64,000 bases of DNA from Alphaproteobacteria bacterium (lineage in GTDB: Bacteria; Pseudomonadota; Alphaproteobacteria; GCA-2731375): contig CBDDPY010000002.1 in NCBI GenBank assembly GCA_965232515.1, positions 6,560,001 through 6,624,000 of the forward strand, written 5' to 3'. The notes under the pieces are model-generated. The model ran no database searches. It was not told the origin of the DNA and worked only from the letters and a program-made list of their open reading frames with translations. Every line of letters starts with the position of its first letter. The stretch's first letter is position 1. A program made the translations under genes and the position numbers. Below, piece by piece: positions 29,462-40,624 of this stretch.

Positions 29462-30736
29462 ATGACGACGCCCAGGACATCCCCCGGCGTCGACGGATTG
29501 GTCGACCATCTGTTCCGCCAGCAGGCGGGGCGGATGGTCGCCGTTCTCACCCGCACGCTCGGGCCGGAGAACCTGGATCTCGTCGAGGACGTGGTCCAGG
29601 AGGCGCTGACCCGGGCGCTCCGGCACTGGCCGTTCCGCGGCGTGCCGGACGATCCGGCGGCTTGGCTCTATCGCGTGGCCCGCAATCGGGCGCTGGATGT
29701 CCTGCGGCGGCGGGCGCGATTTCCCGATGCGCCGGTCGAGGTGCTGGACCTTCTGGAAGCCCGCCTCGAGAAGTCCCCCGACACCGCCTTCGCCTCGGAG
29801 ATCGCCGACGACGAGCTGCGGTTGATTTTCACTTGCTGCCACCCCGAGGTGCAGGCCGAGGCGCGCGTGGCGCTGACGCTCAAGACCGTCTGCGGGTTCG
29901 GCGTGCGCGAGATCGCGCAGGCCTTCCTGGTCGACGAGACGACGATTGCCCAGCGTCTGGTCCGGGCCAAGCGCCGGCTGCGCGACCGGCGCATCGGCTA
30001 CGCCGTGCCGGCGCCGGCCGAGCTGCCCGAGCGCCTGCGCTCGGTGCTGGACGTGGTCTATCTGTTGTTCAACAAGGGCTACGCGGCAACCGGTGGCGGC
30101 GCCCTGGTCCAGGCCGATATCTGCCGGGCGGCAATCCGCCTCGCCGAGCTGGTGGCGGCCCATCCCGTGACCGGCGGACCCGTGGCGCATGCGCTCGCCG
30201 CCCTGCTGCAGTTCCACGTCGCGCGCCTGCCGACCCGGCTCGACGACGAGGGCGAATTGCTGCTGCTCGAGGATCAGGACCGCCGCCAATGGGACCGGCA
30301 GGCAATCTCGACCGGGTTCGTTCACCTTGAGCAGGCCGGCCAGGGCGAGGATGTCAGCGATTTCCATCTTCAGGCCGGCATCGCCGCCTGCCATGCCGCG
30401 GCCGAGGACTTCGCGGCGACCGACTGGTCCGCCATCCTCGGCTACTACGACCAACTGGTCGCCCGCAACCCATCGCCCGTGCTGGCGCTGAACCGCGCGG
30501 TCGCCGTCGCCATGCTTGACGGCCCCGCCGCCGGCCTCGACGCCCTTGCCGGGCTCGAAGATCAGCCGGCGCTCGCCCGCTATTACCTGTTGCCGGCCAC
30601 ACGGGCCGAACTCCTGCGCCGCCTTGGTCGCGATGTGTCGGCAAGCGACGCTTGGCGCGCGGCCCTCGATCTCGATCCCCCGGCGCCCGTACGCCGCTTC
30701 ATCGAACGGCGGTTGGCGGCGCTGGGCACGGCCTGA
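29462..30736 (+). CDS. ECF sigma factor, group ECF42 (C-terminal TPR-like extension)
   Basis: AWLYRVARNRALD, LRLIFTCCHP, AQRLVRAK and LALNRAVA; DGPF partner upstream. Confidence 0.9.
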   Translation: MTTPRTSPGVDGLVDHLFRQQAGRMVAVLTRTLGPENLDLVEDVVQEALTRALRHWPFRGVPDDPAAWLYRVARNRALDVLRRRARFPDAPVEVLDLLEARLEKSPDTAFASEIADDELRLIFTCCHPEVQAEARVALTLKTVCGFGVREIAQAFLVDETTIAQRLVRAKRRLRDRRIGYAVPAPAELPERLRSVLDVVYLLFNKGYAATGGGALVQADICRAAIRLAELVAAHPVTGGPVAHALAALLQFHVARLPTRLDDEGELLLLEDQDRRQWDRQAISTGFVHLEQAGQGEDVSDFHLQAGIAACHAAAEDFAATDWSAILGYYDQLVARNPSPVLALNRAVAVAMLDGPAAGLDALAGLEDQPALARYYLLPATRAELLRRLGRDVSASDAWRAALDLDPPAPVRRFIERRLAALGTA

Positions 30737-30800
30737 AATAGCCGCATTTCCGTGTCGCCGGCCTTGAGTTTGCCGCCGGCTTCGCCCTTAATTCGGACCC

Positions 30801-31427
30801 ATGTCGAACAATGACTTCAGTGCCCGTCGGCACGCGCCGGCGACGGCCCGCAATCGCCAATTTATCCGCGACGTATTGCGCGACGCATTGCCGGCGCGCG
30901 GCACGGTGTTGGAGACCGCCAGCGGCAGCGGCGAGCACGCCGTCTATCTGGCCGAGCAACTGCCGGCGCTCCATTGGGCGCCTAGCGACCGCGAGGATGA
31001 GAACCTCGCCAGCATCGCCGCCTGGTCGGCGGAGGCCCGATTGCCGAACCTGTTGGCGCCGCGCCGGATTGACGTGACCGCCGACGACTGGGGCGTTGCT
31101 GACATCGCCGCCGATCTCGCGGCGGTGATGAACGCGAACATGATCCACATCGCGCCCTGGGCGGTCTGCGAGGGCCTGATGGCCGGCGCCGGCCGGCTGC
31201 TGCCATCGGGCGGTTTGCTCTACATGTACGGGCCCTATTTCCGCGATGACGTGCCGACGGCGGAAAGCAATCTCGCCTTCGATGCCTCGCTGCGGCAGCG
31301 GAACCCGGCCTGGGGCATCCGCAACCTGGCCGACGTCGGCGCCTGCGCAACGGCCAACGGCCTGCGGCTGGCCGAAGTTGTCGAGATGCCGGCCAACAAT
31401 CTGTCGGTGCTGTTCCGACGCGACTGA
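30801..31427 (+). CDS. DUF938 SAM-dependent methyltransferase-like protein
   Basis: APATARNR, LETASGSGEH, NMIHIAPW, YGPY and MPANN. Confidence 0.9.
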   Translation: MSNNDFSARRHAPATARNRQFIRDVLRDALPARGTVLETASGSGEHAVYLAEQLPALHWAPSDREDENLASIAAWSAEARLPNLLAPRRIDVTADDWGVADIAADLAAVMNANMIHIAPWAVCEGLMAGAGRLLPSGGLLYMYGPYFRDDVPTAESNLAFDASLRQRNPAWGIRNLADVGACATANGLRLAEVVEMPANNLSVLFRRD

Positions 31428-31459
31428 TTGTCCGTAACAGAAGAGTGGGGAGGAAACGC

Positions 31460-32254
31460 ATGAACGACGCCGCGACGGACGGCCGCATCACATCAGAGGC
31501 CGATGGCCGCATCCTGCGCATCGGCATCGACCGGCCGGCCAAGCTGAACGGCTTCACGCCGAAGATGCAGGCCGAACTCGCTGCCGCCTATACCGAGCTC
31601 GAGCATAACGATGACTACTGGTGCGGGCTGCTGTTCGCCCATGGCGACCATTTCACCGCCGGCCTCGACCTCGCCAAGATGGCGCCCCTGCTGGAAGCCG
31701 GCGAGCGGGAATGGTCGGCCGACCAGGTCGATCCGCTCGACCGCTACCCACCGCGCCGCAGCAAGCCCGTGGTCGCGGCCGTCAAGGGCATCACGTTTAC
31801 CATCGGCATCGAGCTGATGCTGGCCGCCGACGTCGTCGTCGCCGCCGACGATTGCCGCTTCTCTCAGCTCGAGGTCAAGCGCGGCATCATGGCCGCCGGC
31901 GGCGCCACGATCCGCATGGTCGAGCGCGCCGGCTGGGGCAACGCCATGCTCTATCTGCTGACCGGCGACGAGTTCGACGCCGCGACGGCGCTCCGCCTCG
32001 GCTTCGTGCAGCAGGTGGTGCCGGCGGGACGGGAGCTCGACCGCGCCGCCGAGATCGCCGGCAGGATCGTCGAGCAGGCGCCGCTCGCCGTGCGCGCCAC
32101 GTTGCTCAACGCGCGGCGGGCCGTGGACGAAGGCCCCGCCGCCGCCATCGCCGAGTTCGACCCGGTCAACCGCCGCCTCTTCGAAAGCAACGACACCAAG
32201 GAAGGCGTCGCCTCGTTCGTCGAGCGGCGCACGGCCAACTTTACGGGCAGCTAG
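31460..32254 (+). CDS. Crotonase/enoyl-CoA hydratase family protein
   Basis: FTAGLDL, KPVVAAV, IGIELMLAAD and EVKRGI. Confidence 0.92.
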   Translation: MNDAATDGRITSEADGRILRIGIDRPAKLNGFTPKMQAELAAAYTELEHNDDYWCGLLFAHGDHFTAGLDLAKMAPLLEAGEREWSADQVDPLDRYPPRRSKPVVAAVKGITFTIGIELMLAADVVVAADDCRFSQLEVKRGIMAAGGATIRMVERAGWGNAMLYLLTGDEFDAATALRLGFVQQVVPAGRELDRAAEIAGRIVEQAPLAVRATLLNARRAVDEGPAAAIAEFDPVNRRLFESNDTKEGVASFVERRTANFTGS

Positions 32255-32285
32255 AAAGAAAGCCGGAGGTCCACTGGGAGGATCG

Positions 32286-34136
32286 ATGTCCAAACCGCCG
32301 TTTCGCCATGTCGAGCTGATCGAGCCCACCGTCGCGCTGGAAGAGCGGCCGGACGGGTCGATGATCCTGCGCTCGGGCTATGACCTCGAGCCTTACGACG
32401 ACAACATCCTGCAATACCTCGAACGCTGGGCCGGCGCCGCGCCGGACCGTGTCTTCCTGGCCCAGCGCGGGCCGGACCGGGCCTGGCGCGAGTTGACGTA
32501 CGCGGACGCCTGGTCGCGCACCCGGGCCATCGCGCAGGCCCTGCTCGATCGCTCGTTCGGACCGGAGAAGCCGGTGATGATCCTCTCCGGCAACAGCATC
32601 GAGCACGCGCTGATGTCGTTCGGCGCGATGCTGGCGGGCGCGCCCGTGGCCCCGGTCTCGGTCGCCTATTCGCTGCTCAGCAAAGATCACGGCAAGCTTC
32701 GCCACGTCTTCTCGCTGGTCGAGCCCGCCATGATCTTCGTCCAGGCCGTCGGTCCGTTCACGCCGGCGCTGCAGGCTTTGGACGTCGACGGGGTCGAACT
32801 GGTCGCGGCGGGCGAGGCGTCGAATGCGCTGCCCTCGACGCCGCTCACCGAACTGCTGGCCGCCGAGCCCGGCGCCGATGTTGACGCCGCCTACGGCCGC
32901 CTCGGCCCCGACACGGTGGCGAAGTATCTCTTCACGTCGGGCTCGACGGGCATGCCGAAGGGCGTCATCAACACCCACCGCATGATGTGCGCCAATCAGC
33001 AGATGGCGCGGCAGGTCGCGCCGCCCGATCCCGACGTGCCGCCCGTGGTGGTGGACTGGCTGCCCTGGAACCACACCTTCGGCGGCAACATGAACGTCAA
33101 CGGCGTGATGTCGCTCGGCGGCACGCTGTATATCGACGCCGGCCGGCCGCTGCCCGGCATGTTCGAGGAGTCGCTGGCGAACCTGCGCGAGATCTCGCCG
33201 ACCTACTACGCCAACGTCCCGGCCGGCTTCGCCATGCTGGTGGCCGAGATGGAGCGCGATCCCGCGCTCGCCGAAACCTTCTTCAAGCGCCTGCAACGCC
33301 TCGGCTATGGCGGCGCCGCCCTGCCGCAGGAGCTGCACGACCGCATCCAGGACGTCGCCGTCAAGACCTGCGGCGAGCGCATCCTATTCTCCACCGGCTG
33401 GGGCGCCACGGAGACCGCGCCGACCGTGACCAGCACCTACTTCGAGACCGACCGTGTCGGTCTGCTGGGCCTGCCTTATCCCGGCGCCGAGCTGAAGCTG
33501 GTGCCCAACGGACCGAAGCTCGAGGTGCGCGTGCGCGGACCCATCGTCACACCCGGCTATCTGAAGCGTCCGGACCTGACGGCCGAGGCCTTCGACGAAG
33601 ACGGCTTCTACCGCATCGGCGACGCCGCCCGCTTCGTAGATCCGGAAGATCCGGTCAAGGGCCTGGTCTTCGACGGCCGCGTCGCCGAGGACTTCAAGCT
33701 GACGACCGGCACCTGGGTCAATGTCGGGCCTTTGCGGATCGCCGCGCTCAACGCCGCCGCGCCGCTGATTCAGGACGCGGTGGTCACCGGCCACGACCGG
33801 GAATTCATCGGTCTGCTGGCCTGGCCCAACGTCGCCGCCGCCAAGGAGATCTGCACCGATCCGGCCGGCAACGACTCGACCGAGGTGCTGCTCAATGCGC
33901 CCGAGGTCCGCGCCCATCTCAAGGCCGGGCTCGCGCAGCACAACGCCACGCATTCCGGTTCCAGCACCCGCATCGCCCGCGTCCTGTTGCTGGCCGAGCC
34001 GCCCAGCGTCGATGCCCACGAGATCACCGACAAGGGCTACATCAACCAGGCCGCCGTGCTGGCCCGCCGCGCTGACCTCGTCGACCGGCTCTATGCCGAT
34101 CCGCCGGCCGGCGACGTCATCGTCGTCGACGCCTGA
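32286..34136 (+). CDS. fcs: Feruloyl-CoA synthase-like acyl-CoA ligase (copy 1)
   Basis: [38 protein letters not shown] and [10 protein letters not shown]. Confidence 0.88.
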   Translation: MSKPPFRHVELIEPTVALEERPDGSMILRSGYDLEPYDDNILQYLERWAGAAPDRVFLAQRGPDRAWRELTYADAWSRTRAIAQALLDRSFGPEKPVMILSGNSIEHALMSFGAMLAGAPVAPVSVAYSLLSKDHGKLRHVFSLVEPAMIFVQAVGPFTPALQALDVDGVELVAAGEASNALPSTPLTELLAAEPGADVDAAYGRLGPDTVAKYLFTSGSTGMPKGVINTHRMMCANQQMARQVAPPDPDVPPVVVDWLPWNHTFGGNMNVNGVMSLGGTLYIDAGRPLPGMFEESLANLREISPTYYANVPAGFAMLVAEMERDPALAETFFKRLQRLGYGGAALPQELHDRIQDVAVKTCGERILFSTGWGATETAPTVTSTYFETDRVGLLGLPYPGAELKLVPNGPKLEVRVRGPIVTPGYLKRPDLTAEAFDEDGFYRIGDAARFVDPEDPVKGLVFDGRVAEDFKLTTGTWVNVGPLRIAALNAAAPLIQDAVVTGHDREFIGLLAWPNVAAAKEICTDPAGNDSTEVLLNAPEVRAHLKAGLAQHNATHSGSSTRIARVLLLAEPPSVDAHEITDKGYINQAAVLARRADLVDRLYADPPAGDVIVVDA

Positions 34137-34146
34137 GGCCGCCGCC

Positions 34147-35988
34147 ATGACCAAACCACCCTTCGCTCCGATCGACTTCGCGACGCCGGCCGTCGATATC
34201 GCGCGCCGCGCCGACGGCAGCATGATCCTGACCAACCCGGAACCGCTCGGTGACTATCCCCGCCATACCGGCGAGCTGCTGCGGCGCTGGGCCGAGGCCG
34301 CGCCGGACCGGACCTTCCTCGCCGAGCGCGCCGGCGACGACTGGCGCCGGCTGTCCTACGCCGACGCGCTGACGCAATCTGAGGCCGTCGCCCAGGGCCT
34401 GCTCGACCTTGGCCTGGGGCCCGAGCGGCCGCTGATGATCCTCTCCGGCAACAGCATCAACCAGGCGCTGGTGACGCTCGGTGCCATGCTGGCCGGCGTG
34501 CCCGTGGCGCCGGTCTCGCCGGCCTATTCGCTGATGAGCAGTGACTACGCCAAGGTGCGCCACATCTTCGAGCTGCTCTCGCCCGGTCTGATCTATGTCG
34601 AGCGCGGGTCCATGTTCGAGAAGGTACTGGCGAGCCTGCCGCTCGACGATGTCGCGGTCGTGGCCGCGGCCGATCCGCCGGCGGGCCTCGACGTCACCGC
34701 CCTCGACGCGCTGCTGGCCGCAACGCCCGGGCGTGCGCTCGCCGCGGCCGAGGCGCGCATCGAGCCCGACGACGCGGCGAAGATCCTGTTCACCTCGGGC
34801 TCCACCGGCATGCCTAAGGGCGTCGTCAACACACACCGCATGATGTGGGCGAACCAGCAGCAGGGCGTCCAGGTTTGGCCGTTCTATCTGGAGGAGCCGC
34901 CGGTGATGGTCGACTGGCTGCCCTGGAACCACACCTTCGGCAGCAACTTTAACTTCAACCACGTGCTCTATCTCGGCGGCAGCATGTATCTCGACGCTGG
35001 CAAGCCGACGCCCGACCTGATTGCCCAGACCGTGCGCAATCTGGCCGAGATCTCGCCCACCGAATACTGCAACGTGCCGATCGGCTTCAGCATGTTGCTG
35101 GACCATCTGGAGCGTGACGCTGACCTGCGCGCCACCTTCTACAAGCGCCTGAAGCTGATCTTCTATGCCGGCTCGGCGCTGCCGCAGGACCTGTGGGAGC
35201 GGCTCGACGCCGTGGCGATCGAGGCCACCGGCAAGCGCGTGCCGATGATCTCGGCCTGGGGCTCGACCGAAACAGCGCCGCTGGCGACGGCCGTGCATTG
35301 GCAGATCGAGAGCGCCGGCGTGATCGGCCTGCCGGTCCCGGGCGTCGAGCTGAAGATGCTGCCGAACGGCGACAAGCTGGAAATGCGGGTACGCGGACCG
35401 AACGTGATGCCGGGCTATCTCAACCGGCCCGACCTCACGGCCGATGCCTTCGACGACGAGGGCTTCTACAAGATCGGCGACGCCGGCCGCTTCGTCGATC
35501 CCGACGATCCCATCAAGGGCCTGGTCTTCGACGGCCGGGTCACCGAGGACTTCAAGCTCATCACCGGGACCTGGGTGCATGTCGGCGGCATCCGCGTCGC
35601 CGCGCTCGCCGCGGCCACGCCCGTGCTGCAGGACGCCGTCGTCGCCGGCCACGACCGCGACCGCATCGGCCTGCTCGCCTGGCCCAACGTCAACGCCTGC
35701 AAGGAGATCTGCACCGATCCGGCGGCGCATGCCTCGGTCGAGGCCCTGATCCGCTCGCCCGAGGTGATCGACCACCTGCGCCAGGGCATCGCCGCCTACA
35801 ACGCCAAACATCGCGGCTCCAGCACCCGCATTGCCCGCGTCCTGCTGATGGCCGAGCCGCCCAACATCGACGCCAACGAGATCACAGACAAGGGCTACAT
35901 CAACCAGCGCGCCACGCTGGACCGCCGGGCCGCCCTGGTCGAATGCCTGTTCGCCGATCCGCCGCCCGATGACGTCATCGAGATTTGA
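34147..35988 (+). CDS. fcs: Feruloyl-CoA synthase-like acyl-CoA ligase (copy 2)
   Basis: Same motifs as copy 1; ATG 34147 follows GAGG. Confidence 0.88.
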   Translation: MTKPPFAPIDFATPAVDIARRADGSMILTNPEPLGDYPRHTGELLRRWAEAAPDRTFLAERAGDDWRRLSYADALTQSEAVAQGLLDLGLGPERPLMILSGNSINQALVTLGAMLAGVPVAPVSPAYSLMSSDYAKVRHIFELLSPGLIYVERGSMFEKVLASLPLDDVAVVAAADPPAGLDVTALDALLAATPGRALAAAEARIEPDDAAKILFTSGSTGMPKGVVNTHRMMWANQQQGVQVWPFYLEEPPVMVDWLPWNHTFGSNFNFNHVLYLGGSMYLDAGKPTPDLIAQTVRNLAEISPTEYCNVPIGFSMLLDHLERDADLRATFYKRLKLIFYAGSALPQDLWERLDAVAIEATGKRVPMISAWGSTETAPLATAVHWQIESAGVIGLPVPGVELKMLPNGDKLEMRVRGPNVMPGYLNRPDLTADAFDDEGFYKIGDAGRFVDPDDPIKGLVFDGRVTEDFKLITGTWVHVGGIRVAALAAATPVLQDAVVAGHDRDRIGLLAWPNVNACKEICTDPAAHASVEALIRSPEVIDHLRQGIAAYNAKHRGSSTRIARVLLMAEPPNIDANEITDKGYINQRATLDRRAALVECLFADPPPDDVIEI

Positions 35989-36087
35989 GCTTGATTTCAT
36001 AAATCAATGGTTGTGTAAGAAAATGTTAGCCCCCGCGCGGCAGGCTAGGGCGCTCGGTCAACGGAGCGACCGATGCGGGGGACAGGC

Positions 36088-36912
36088 ATGAATGCGGGAC
36101 CGGCAAGCGAACTGAACACGCTGGAAGGCGAGATTCTCGCCCGCGGCACCATTGTCGCGGACGATGTGCTGCGCCTGCGCCGGACCGTCTATGCCGACGA
36201 CGGCGAGATCCACGAGCCCGAAGCCGACATGCTGTTCCGGCTGCACGACGCCACGGCCGGCAACGATCCGGTCTGGGACGGCTTCTTTGTCGAGGCGCTC
36301 ACCGATTTCTTCTTCTGGAAGGAGGGCGCCGACAGCGTCCTGGACGAGGAAACGGCGGCGCTGCTGATGGATCGCGTCGGCGCCGACGGCAAGGTGCTCG
36401 AGCCGACCGAGCTCAAGCTGCTGCTGAACGTCACCTTTCGCAGCAACGGCGCACCCGACGATTTCCAGCATTTCGTCATGGAGGCGGTGCGGGCGAGCGT
36501 ACTGAACAGCAGCACGTCGCTGTTCGGCCACGGCGAACGGATCCCGGGCGCCATTGACGCCGACGACGTCGAGGCGATCCGCAAGCTGATTTACGGCACC
36601 GGTGGCGAGGCCGGCATGGCGGTCGGTCGGGCCGAGGCGAACCTGCTGTTCGATCTGAACGACGCCACGGCCGAGGCTGACAACGCGCCGGAATGGCGCG
36701 TTCTGTTCGTCAAGGCGATTGCCAAGCATCTGCTCTATGCCGGCGAGTCGCCGACCGAGGTCGACGGCGCCGAGGCGCAATGGCTGATCGAGCATATCGG
36801 CGCCGACGGCATCGACAACGCCAACATCCGCGCGCTGCTCGCCTACCTGAAGCAGGAGGCCGAGGCCATCGCCCCGGCGCTGAGCGAGGTTTGCGCGCAG
36901 GCCGGCATCTAG
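36088..36912 (+). CDS. Conserved acidic hypothetical protein with two internal repeats (TerB/EF-hand-like helical fold, tentative)
   Basis: Two copies of DDV..(L/I)R...Y......EA..LF.L.DA......W..(F/L)FV.A. Confidence 0.7.
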   Translation: MNAGPASELNTLEGEILARGTIVADDVLRLRRTVYADDGEIHEPEADMLFRLHDATAGNDPVWDGFFVEALTDFFFWKEGADSVLDEETAALLMDRVGADGKVLEPTELKLLLNVTFRSNGAPDDFQHFVMEAVRASVLNSSTSLFGHGERIPGAIDADDVEAIRKLIYGTGGEAGMAVGRAEANLLFDLNDATAEADNAPEWRVLFVKAIAKHLLYAGESPTEVDGAEAQWLIEHIGADGIDNANIRALLAYLKQEAEAIAPALSEVCAQAGI

Positions 36913-37052
36913 GCCGCGCGCGCCCGGCATCGCGCGCGGGCCGGGCAACACTATCGGTTGAGAATTTGCCGCCGTCGGGGTAGGGCCATCTTCCGGCAAC
37001 GCCGTTCGGATTTGGCCCCGCGCCCTGACCGACCGTGTGAAGGAGGGCCGTT

Positions 37053-37622
37053 ATGTTGAAGACCAAGCTTGTTTGTCTCATCGTCACCGTCGTCCTGTTC
37101 CTGTCCGTGCCGGGCATCGCGTCTGCCGCCGAAAACGACGACACCTTCAGCCAGGACGAGGTGCTGGGTGCCGCGGAACGGTTCTTCGACGGCGCCAGTG
37201 AGGGCCTGGCCGTCGTCGTCGAGAAGGTCTTCGCCGATATGGGCCAGCCGAACGCCTATATCGCCGGCGAGGAATTCAGCGGCGCCATCGGCGTCGGTCT
37301 GCGCTATGGCCGCGGCCAGCTCGTGCGCAAGCGCGGCGCCGGCCGCAAGGTCTTCTGGCAGGGCCCGTCCGTCGGCTTCGATTTCGGCGGCAACGCGTCC
37401 AAGACCTTCGTGCTCGTCTACAACCTCGACAGCACCGGCAGCCTGTTCCAGCGCTTTCCCGGCGTCGAGGGCACCTACTATTTCGTCGGCGGCGTCGGCG
37501 TGAACTACCAGCAGTCCGGCGACGTCGTGCTGGCCCCGATCCGGGTCGGCGTCGGCCTGCGCGGCGGCGTCAACATTGGCTATCTGCACTACACGCCCAA
37601 GCACTCGTGGCTGCCACTTTAG
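37053..37622 (+). CDS. eipA: DUF1134 envelope integrity protein
   Basis: Signal peptide; PNAYIAGEE, GVGLRYG, FWQGPSVGFD and PIRVGVGLR. Confidence 0.85.
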   Translation: MLKTKLVCLIVTVVLFLSVPGIASAAENDDTFSQDEVLGAAERFFDGASEGLAVVVEKVFADMGQPNAYIAGEEFSGAIGVGLRYGRGQLVRKRGAGRKVFWQGPSVGFDFGGNASKTFVLVYNLDSTGSLFQRFPGVEGTYYFVGGVGVNYQQSGDVVLAPIRVGVGLRGGVNIGYLHYTPKHSWLPL

Positions 37623-37650
37623 AACAGTTGGGCCGGTTTACCGTTCACAT

Positions 37651-37666
37651 AGTGACAAAATTCACA
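37651..37666. promoter_or_regulatory. Second CRP-like box
   Basis: AGTGA-N6-TCACA (9/10 match) in the short spacer upstream of the caspase gene. Confidence 0.4.
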
Positions 37667-37727
37667 TCGACTCATCGCGACTGTTTGCTAAGCTAACGGC
37701 CTACGCAACAGGAACGGGTCCAACGAG

Positions 37728-39638
37728 ATGTTGTGTCCCCTGGAGCGTGTGCCGGACCGCGTCGGGAAATGGGGCTGGGTCTGCGCCACGCTGATCATGG
37801 CGGCTTTGGTCGTTTTCGCGGCCAGAACCGAGGCCGCGCAGCCCGACGGCATCGATTTCGGGCGCTACCGTGCACTGGTCATCGGCATCAACGATTATGC
37901 GAACCTGCCGAAGCTGGTCACGGCGGTGAACGACGCCAGCGCCATGCACGACGTGCTGCGCACCCGCTACGGCTTCGATTCCACGCTCCTGCTGAACCCG
38001 AAACGCTACGACCTGATCCGCGCGCTCGACCAGATGCGGGCCGAGCTCACCGAGAACGACAATCTGCTCATTTATTACGCCGGCCACGGCTTCCTCGATC
38101 CCCAGACCGACGACGGTTTCTGGCTGCCGGTCGACGCCGAGGAGAGCAGCACCGCCAACTGGATCGCGGTTGCCGACGTGACCCGGGCGCTGAAGGGCAT
38201 GACCGCCAAGCATGTCCTGATCATCGCCGACTCCTGCTATTCCGGCACCTTGACGCGCGACGTGCCCATCGTGGTCAAGACCGGCAGCGAGCGCCTGGCC
38301 GAGCTGAAGCGCCTGAACGAGAAGCGGGCGCGCAAGGCCATGACCTCGGGCGGGCTCGAGCCGGTAATGGACGGCGGCGGCGACGGCCACTCGGTCTTCA
38401 CCCGGGCGCTGCTCGAGAACCTGCGCGAGAACGGCGACATCCTCGACGGCTATCAGCTCTACGCCCAGCTGCGCCGCTCGGTGGTCGTCAATGCTCAGCA
38501 GACGCCGGAATATTCCGACATCCGCTTTGCCGGCGACGAGGGCGGCGAGTTCCTGTTCGTGCCTGTCGGCCTGCCGGCGCCCGTCGCGGCGACACCGGCG
38601 GCCGGGCCGAGCCCGGCGCCGTCGACCACCACATCGGGACCGAACCAGGCGGCCATGGATCTGGCCTTCTGGCAATCGATCCAGAACAGCGACCGGCCGG
38701 CCGATTTCGAGGCCTATCTGCAGCAGTTCCCAAACGGCACCTTCGCGGCGCTGGCCCGCAACCGCATGGCGGCATTGCAGACGCCCAAGGCGGAACCGAA
38801 GCCGGAAGCGCCGCCACCGGCGCCGCAGCAGCAGGCGGCGCTGACACCGCCCACGGCGCAACCCCCGGCGCCAGCACCCGCCCCGCAGCCCGAAGCCATT
38901 GCGGTCGACATGCTCGACGACACCTATGTGACCATGAAAAACGCGAATGTCCGTGGCGGGCCCGACAGCAGCGCCGATAAGCTGACGACCCTGCCCATGG
39001 GCACCGGTGTCGAGGTCACCGGCAAGGTCAAGGGCAAGAACTGGTACCGGGTCGCGCTGGCCGACGGGCGCACCGGCTACGTCTTCGCGCCGTTGCTGAC
39101 CGAGGCCGGCAGCGGACAGCAGCAGGCCATGGTCTCGGGCAGCGGCATCCGCGCCGTACCGGGCCGCGGCCAACGGGTGTTCCGCATCCAGCCCGTGGTT
39201 TATGACGGCCGGCAGGTCCGCGTCGCCCTCGACATTCTGCGCGCCGGCCTGTCCGGCCTGCCTAACAGCTTCGTGGTCACCGGCGACCGCGGCCAGGCCA
39301 ATCCCGGTGACACCGTCGTCTCGGCGCTGATCTCGCAGCTCAACGTCACGCGCGAACCGAATCCCGAATATACCGGGGCCGCGGTGGTGCGCTCGTTGTT
39401 CGGCAAGCTCGGCCAGACCATGACCGCCAACGTGCCGCAGTTCTTCTCGGTCTACCGGGCGTCGGTCGCCGTGCGTGCGCACGACCTCGCCACCGGCACC
39501 GTCACCAACGAGACCGCCAATGCCGAGATCAAGCTCGACGCAGATTTCCCGACCCGCGACGGCATCGAACTGGCCCTGCAACAGGCGCTGACCGAAGCCA
39601 CCCAGCGCCTCACCGCCCAGATCGGCTTTCAGCGCTAG
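37728..39638 (+). CDS. Exported caspase-like peptidase C14 with SH3b domain (start uncertain)
   Basis: ALVIGINDY, His in YYAGHG, Cys in ADSCYSG; FWQSI..YLQQFPNG helical domain; NVRGGP..WYRV..GYV SH3. Confidence 0.88.
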   Translation: MLCPLERVPDRVGKWGWVCATLIMAALVVFAARTEAAQPDGIDFGRYRALVIGINDYANLPKLVTAVNDASAMHDVLRTRYGFDSTLLLNPKRYDLIRALDQMRAELTENDNLLIYYAGHGFLDPQTDDGFWLPVDAEESSTANWIAVADVTRALKGMTAKHVLIIADSCYSGTLTRDVPIVVKTGSERLAELKRLNEKRARKAMTSGGLEPVMDGGGDGHSVFTRALLENLRENGDILDGYQLYAQLRRSVVVNAQQTPEYSDIRFAGDEGGEFLFVPVGLPAPVAATPAAGPSPAPSTTTSGPNQAAMDLAFWQSIQNSDRPADFEAYLQQFPNGTFAALARNRMAALQTPKAEPKPEAPPPAPQQQAALTPPTAQPPAPAPAPQPEAIAVDMLDDTYVTMKNANVRGGPDSSADKLTTLPMGTGVEVTGKVKGKNWYRVALADGRTGYVFAPLLTEAGSGQQQAMVSGSGIRAVPGRGQRVFRIQPVVYDGRQVRVALDILRAGLSGLPNSFVVTGDRGQANPGDTVVSALISQLNVTREPNPEYTGAAVVRSLFGKLGQTMTANVPQFFSVYRASVAVRAHDLATGTVTNETANAEIKLDADFPTRDGIELALQQALTEATQRLTAQIGFQR

Positions 39639-39673
39639 GCATCGGCCATTGCGGCCAAACGGAACCTGATTGC

Positions 39674-39778
39674 CATCCTTCGAGACGCGGCGCTGCCGCT
39701 CCTCAGGATGAGGTCTGTCCTGATATCGGTTTCTTGCCTCATCCTGAGGAGGCCGCGCAGCGGCCGTCTCGAAGGATG
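39674..39778. repeat. Inverted pair of REP-like palindromic units (CCTCATCCTGAGG..TCTCGAAGGATG)
   Basis: Arms 39674-39713 and 39737-39778 are near reverse complements, each with an internal hairpin, between convergent genes. Confidence 0.85.
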
Positions 39779-39789
39779 CGCTATCGGTT

Positions 39790-40569
<780 letters not shown>

Positions 40570-40624
40570 GGCGGGGCACCCCCACATACAACGGCGGCCT
40601 TGCGACGCCGCCCGTGCGAGGCCC

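Noticed and set aside
36914-36939. Intrinsic terminator after the repeat protein
   Set aside because: A GC hairpin is present but there is no U-tract on either strand.
12993-39581. Long antisense ORFs (12993-14720, 18519-20231, 34117-36000, 37701-39581)
   Set aside because: Shadow frames of well-supported genes, typical of high-GC codon bias, with no motifs.
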